This document shows positions 63,557 through 64,000 of a stretch of DNA of 64,000 nt, piece by piece. The translations under genes and the position numbers were made by a program. The DNA is from Eubacteriales bacterium (GTDB taxonomy: Bacteria; Bacillota; Clostridia; Oscillospirales; CAG-272): contig JAZQRU010000042.1 in NCBI GenBank assembly GCA_045629745.1, positions 24,358 through 88,357 of the forward strand. The letters run 5' to 3'. Each line of letters starts with the position of its first letter. The first letter of the stretch is position 1. The notes below the pieces were generated by a model. That model had not been told where the DNA came from. It did no database searches and was given only the letters and a program-made list of their open reading frames with translations.

Positions 63557-64000
63557 TTAAAAATAGTTGTCCTTTATTTTGTAGATAATTATTGCCACCG
63601 CGCCCATTAACCCTAAACTTCCTATAATGATAGCATTGATGTATCCCGAAGAGTTGCCCCCTTGAGAAACAAAATAATCCCCATCTTGTTTTTTCAATTC
63701 AACGGACTTGCCATCTATAATGCACGCACTGATATTTGCATTTGTTAGCTCTCCGTGAGCTGTTGTGCTACCGAGTTGGGTATAGACAACATCATCAAAT
63801 CTTATTGTATAAGTACCGTTTGCAGGAACAACAAAATTATATTCTTTTAATCTTTCGCTTATGTGATATACTGTATCTCCATCACGCCCAGATAAAGCTA
63901 TTTCTAAATAATCTACTTTCACATCTTTATTTGTGCGATTTTTAATCGCACCGGTTATTGTGTATGAAGAATAACCCGAAATTGTTACTTTCTGCGAAAT
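63557..64000 (-). CDS. C-terminal part of a surface protein with a C-terminal TM anchor; 5' end outside window
   Basis: Frame stays open upstream of the ORF-track GTG (63922) to the window edge (...ISQKVTISGYSSYTITGAIKNRTNKDVKVDYLEIAL...). Beta-rich sequence ending in the TM helix AIIIGSLGLMGAVAIIIY. Confidence 0.55.
   Translation of the reverse strand: MSQKVTISGYSSYTITGAIKNRTNKDVKVDYLEIALSGRDGDTVYHISERLKEYNFVVPANGTYTIRFDDVVYTQLGSTTAHGELTNANISACIIDGKSVELKKQDGDYFVSQGGNSSGYINAIIIGSLGLMGAVAIIIYKIKDNYF

Overview
This 64-kb window looks like the chromosome of a low-GC Firmicute, probably class Clostridia. That placement is an inference from three things: a PolC-type replicase, a type-A RNase P RNA, and the pyrH-frr-uppS-cdsA-dxr-rseP-ispG-polC cluster. 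Most of the window is housekeeping. It holds gap, rnpB, murD, a cysteine desulfurase, rlmH, the polC/isoprenoid/lipid cluster, split transketolase genes, trkA/trkH, tsf-rpsB, xth, tRNA-Ser(GCU) and tRNA-Leu(CAG). Several start codons in the ORF track had to be moved. Many long antisense shadow ORFs, and ORFs lying over rnpB or the tRNA, were rejected. The observations most worth follow-up, in order:
1. An Asp-rich 25-codon leader ORF whose last sense codons form the 5' arm of an intrinsic terminator and whose stop codon lies in the loop, upstream of a CNNM/CorC-type divalent-cation transporter gene (38.7-38.9 kb).
2. An iteron-like array of 23-bp-phased direct repeats interleaved with covarying triloop hairpins. 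It lies next to a four-helix-bundle (23S-IVS/Avd-fold) gene and tRNA-Ser (55.0-55.8 kb).
3. A six-gene, translationally coupled operon joining an intramembrane-sensing two-component system, three uncharacterised membrane proteins and cardiolipin synthase (10.1-15.2 kb). A third paralogue of its small 2-TM protein lies nearby, behind a 274-bp segment bounded by inverted repeats.
4. A compact yybP-ykoY-like (Mn2+) riboswitch ahead of a Ca2+-type P-type ATPase.
5. A candidate preQ1-I riboswitch ahead of queT.
6. Tandem 22-bp palindrome-containing repeats downstream of an AraC-family regulator gene.
No CRISPR array, transposase, integrase or recognisable defence system was seen. All family assignments rest on motif recognition by eye, with no database search. 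RNA and promoter boundaries are approximate.
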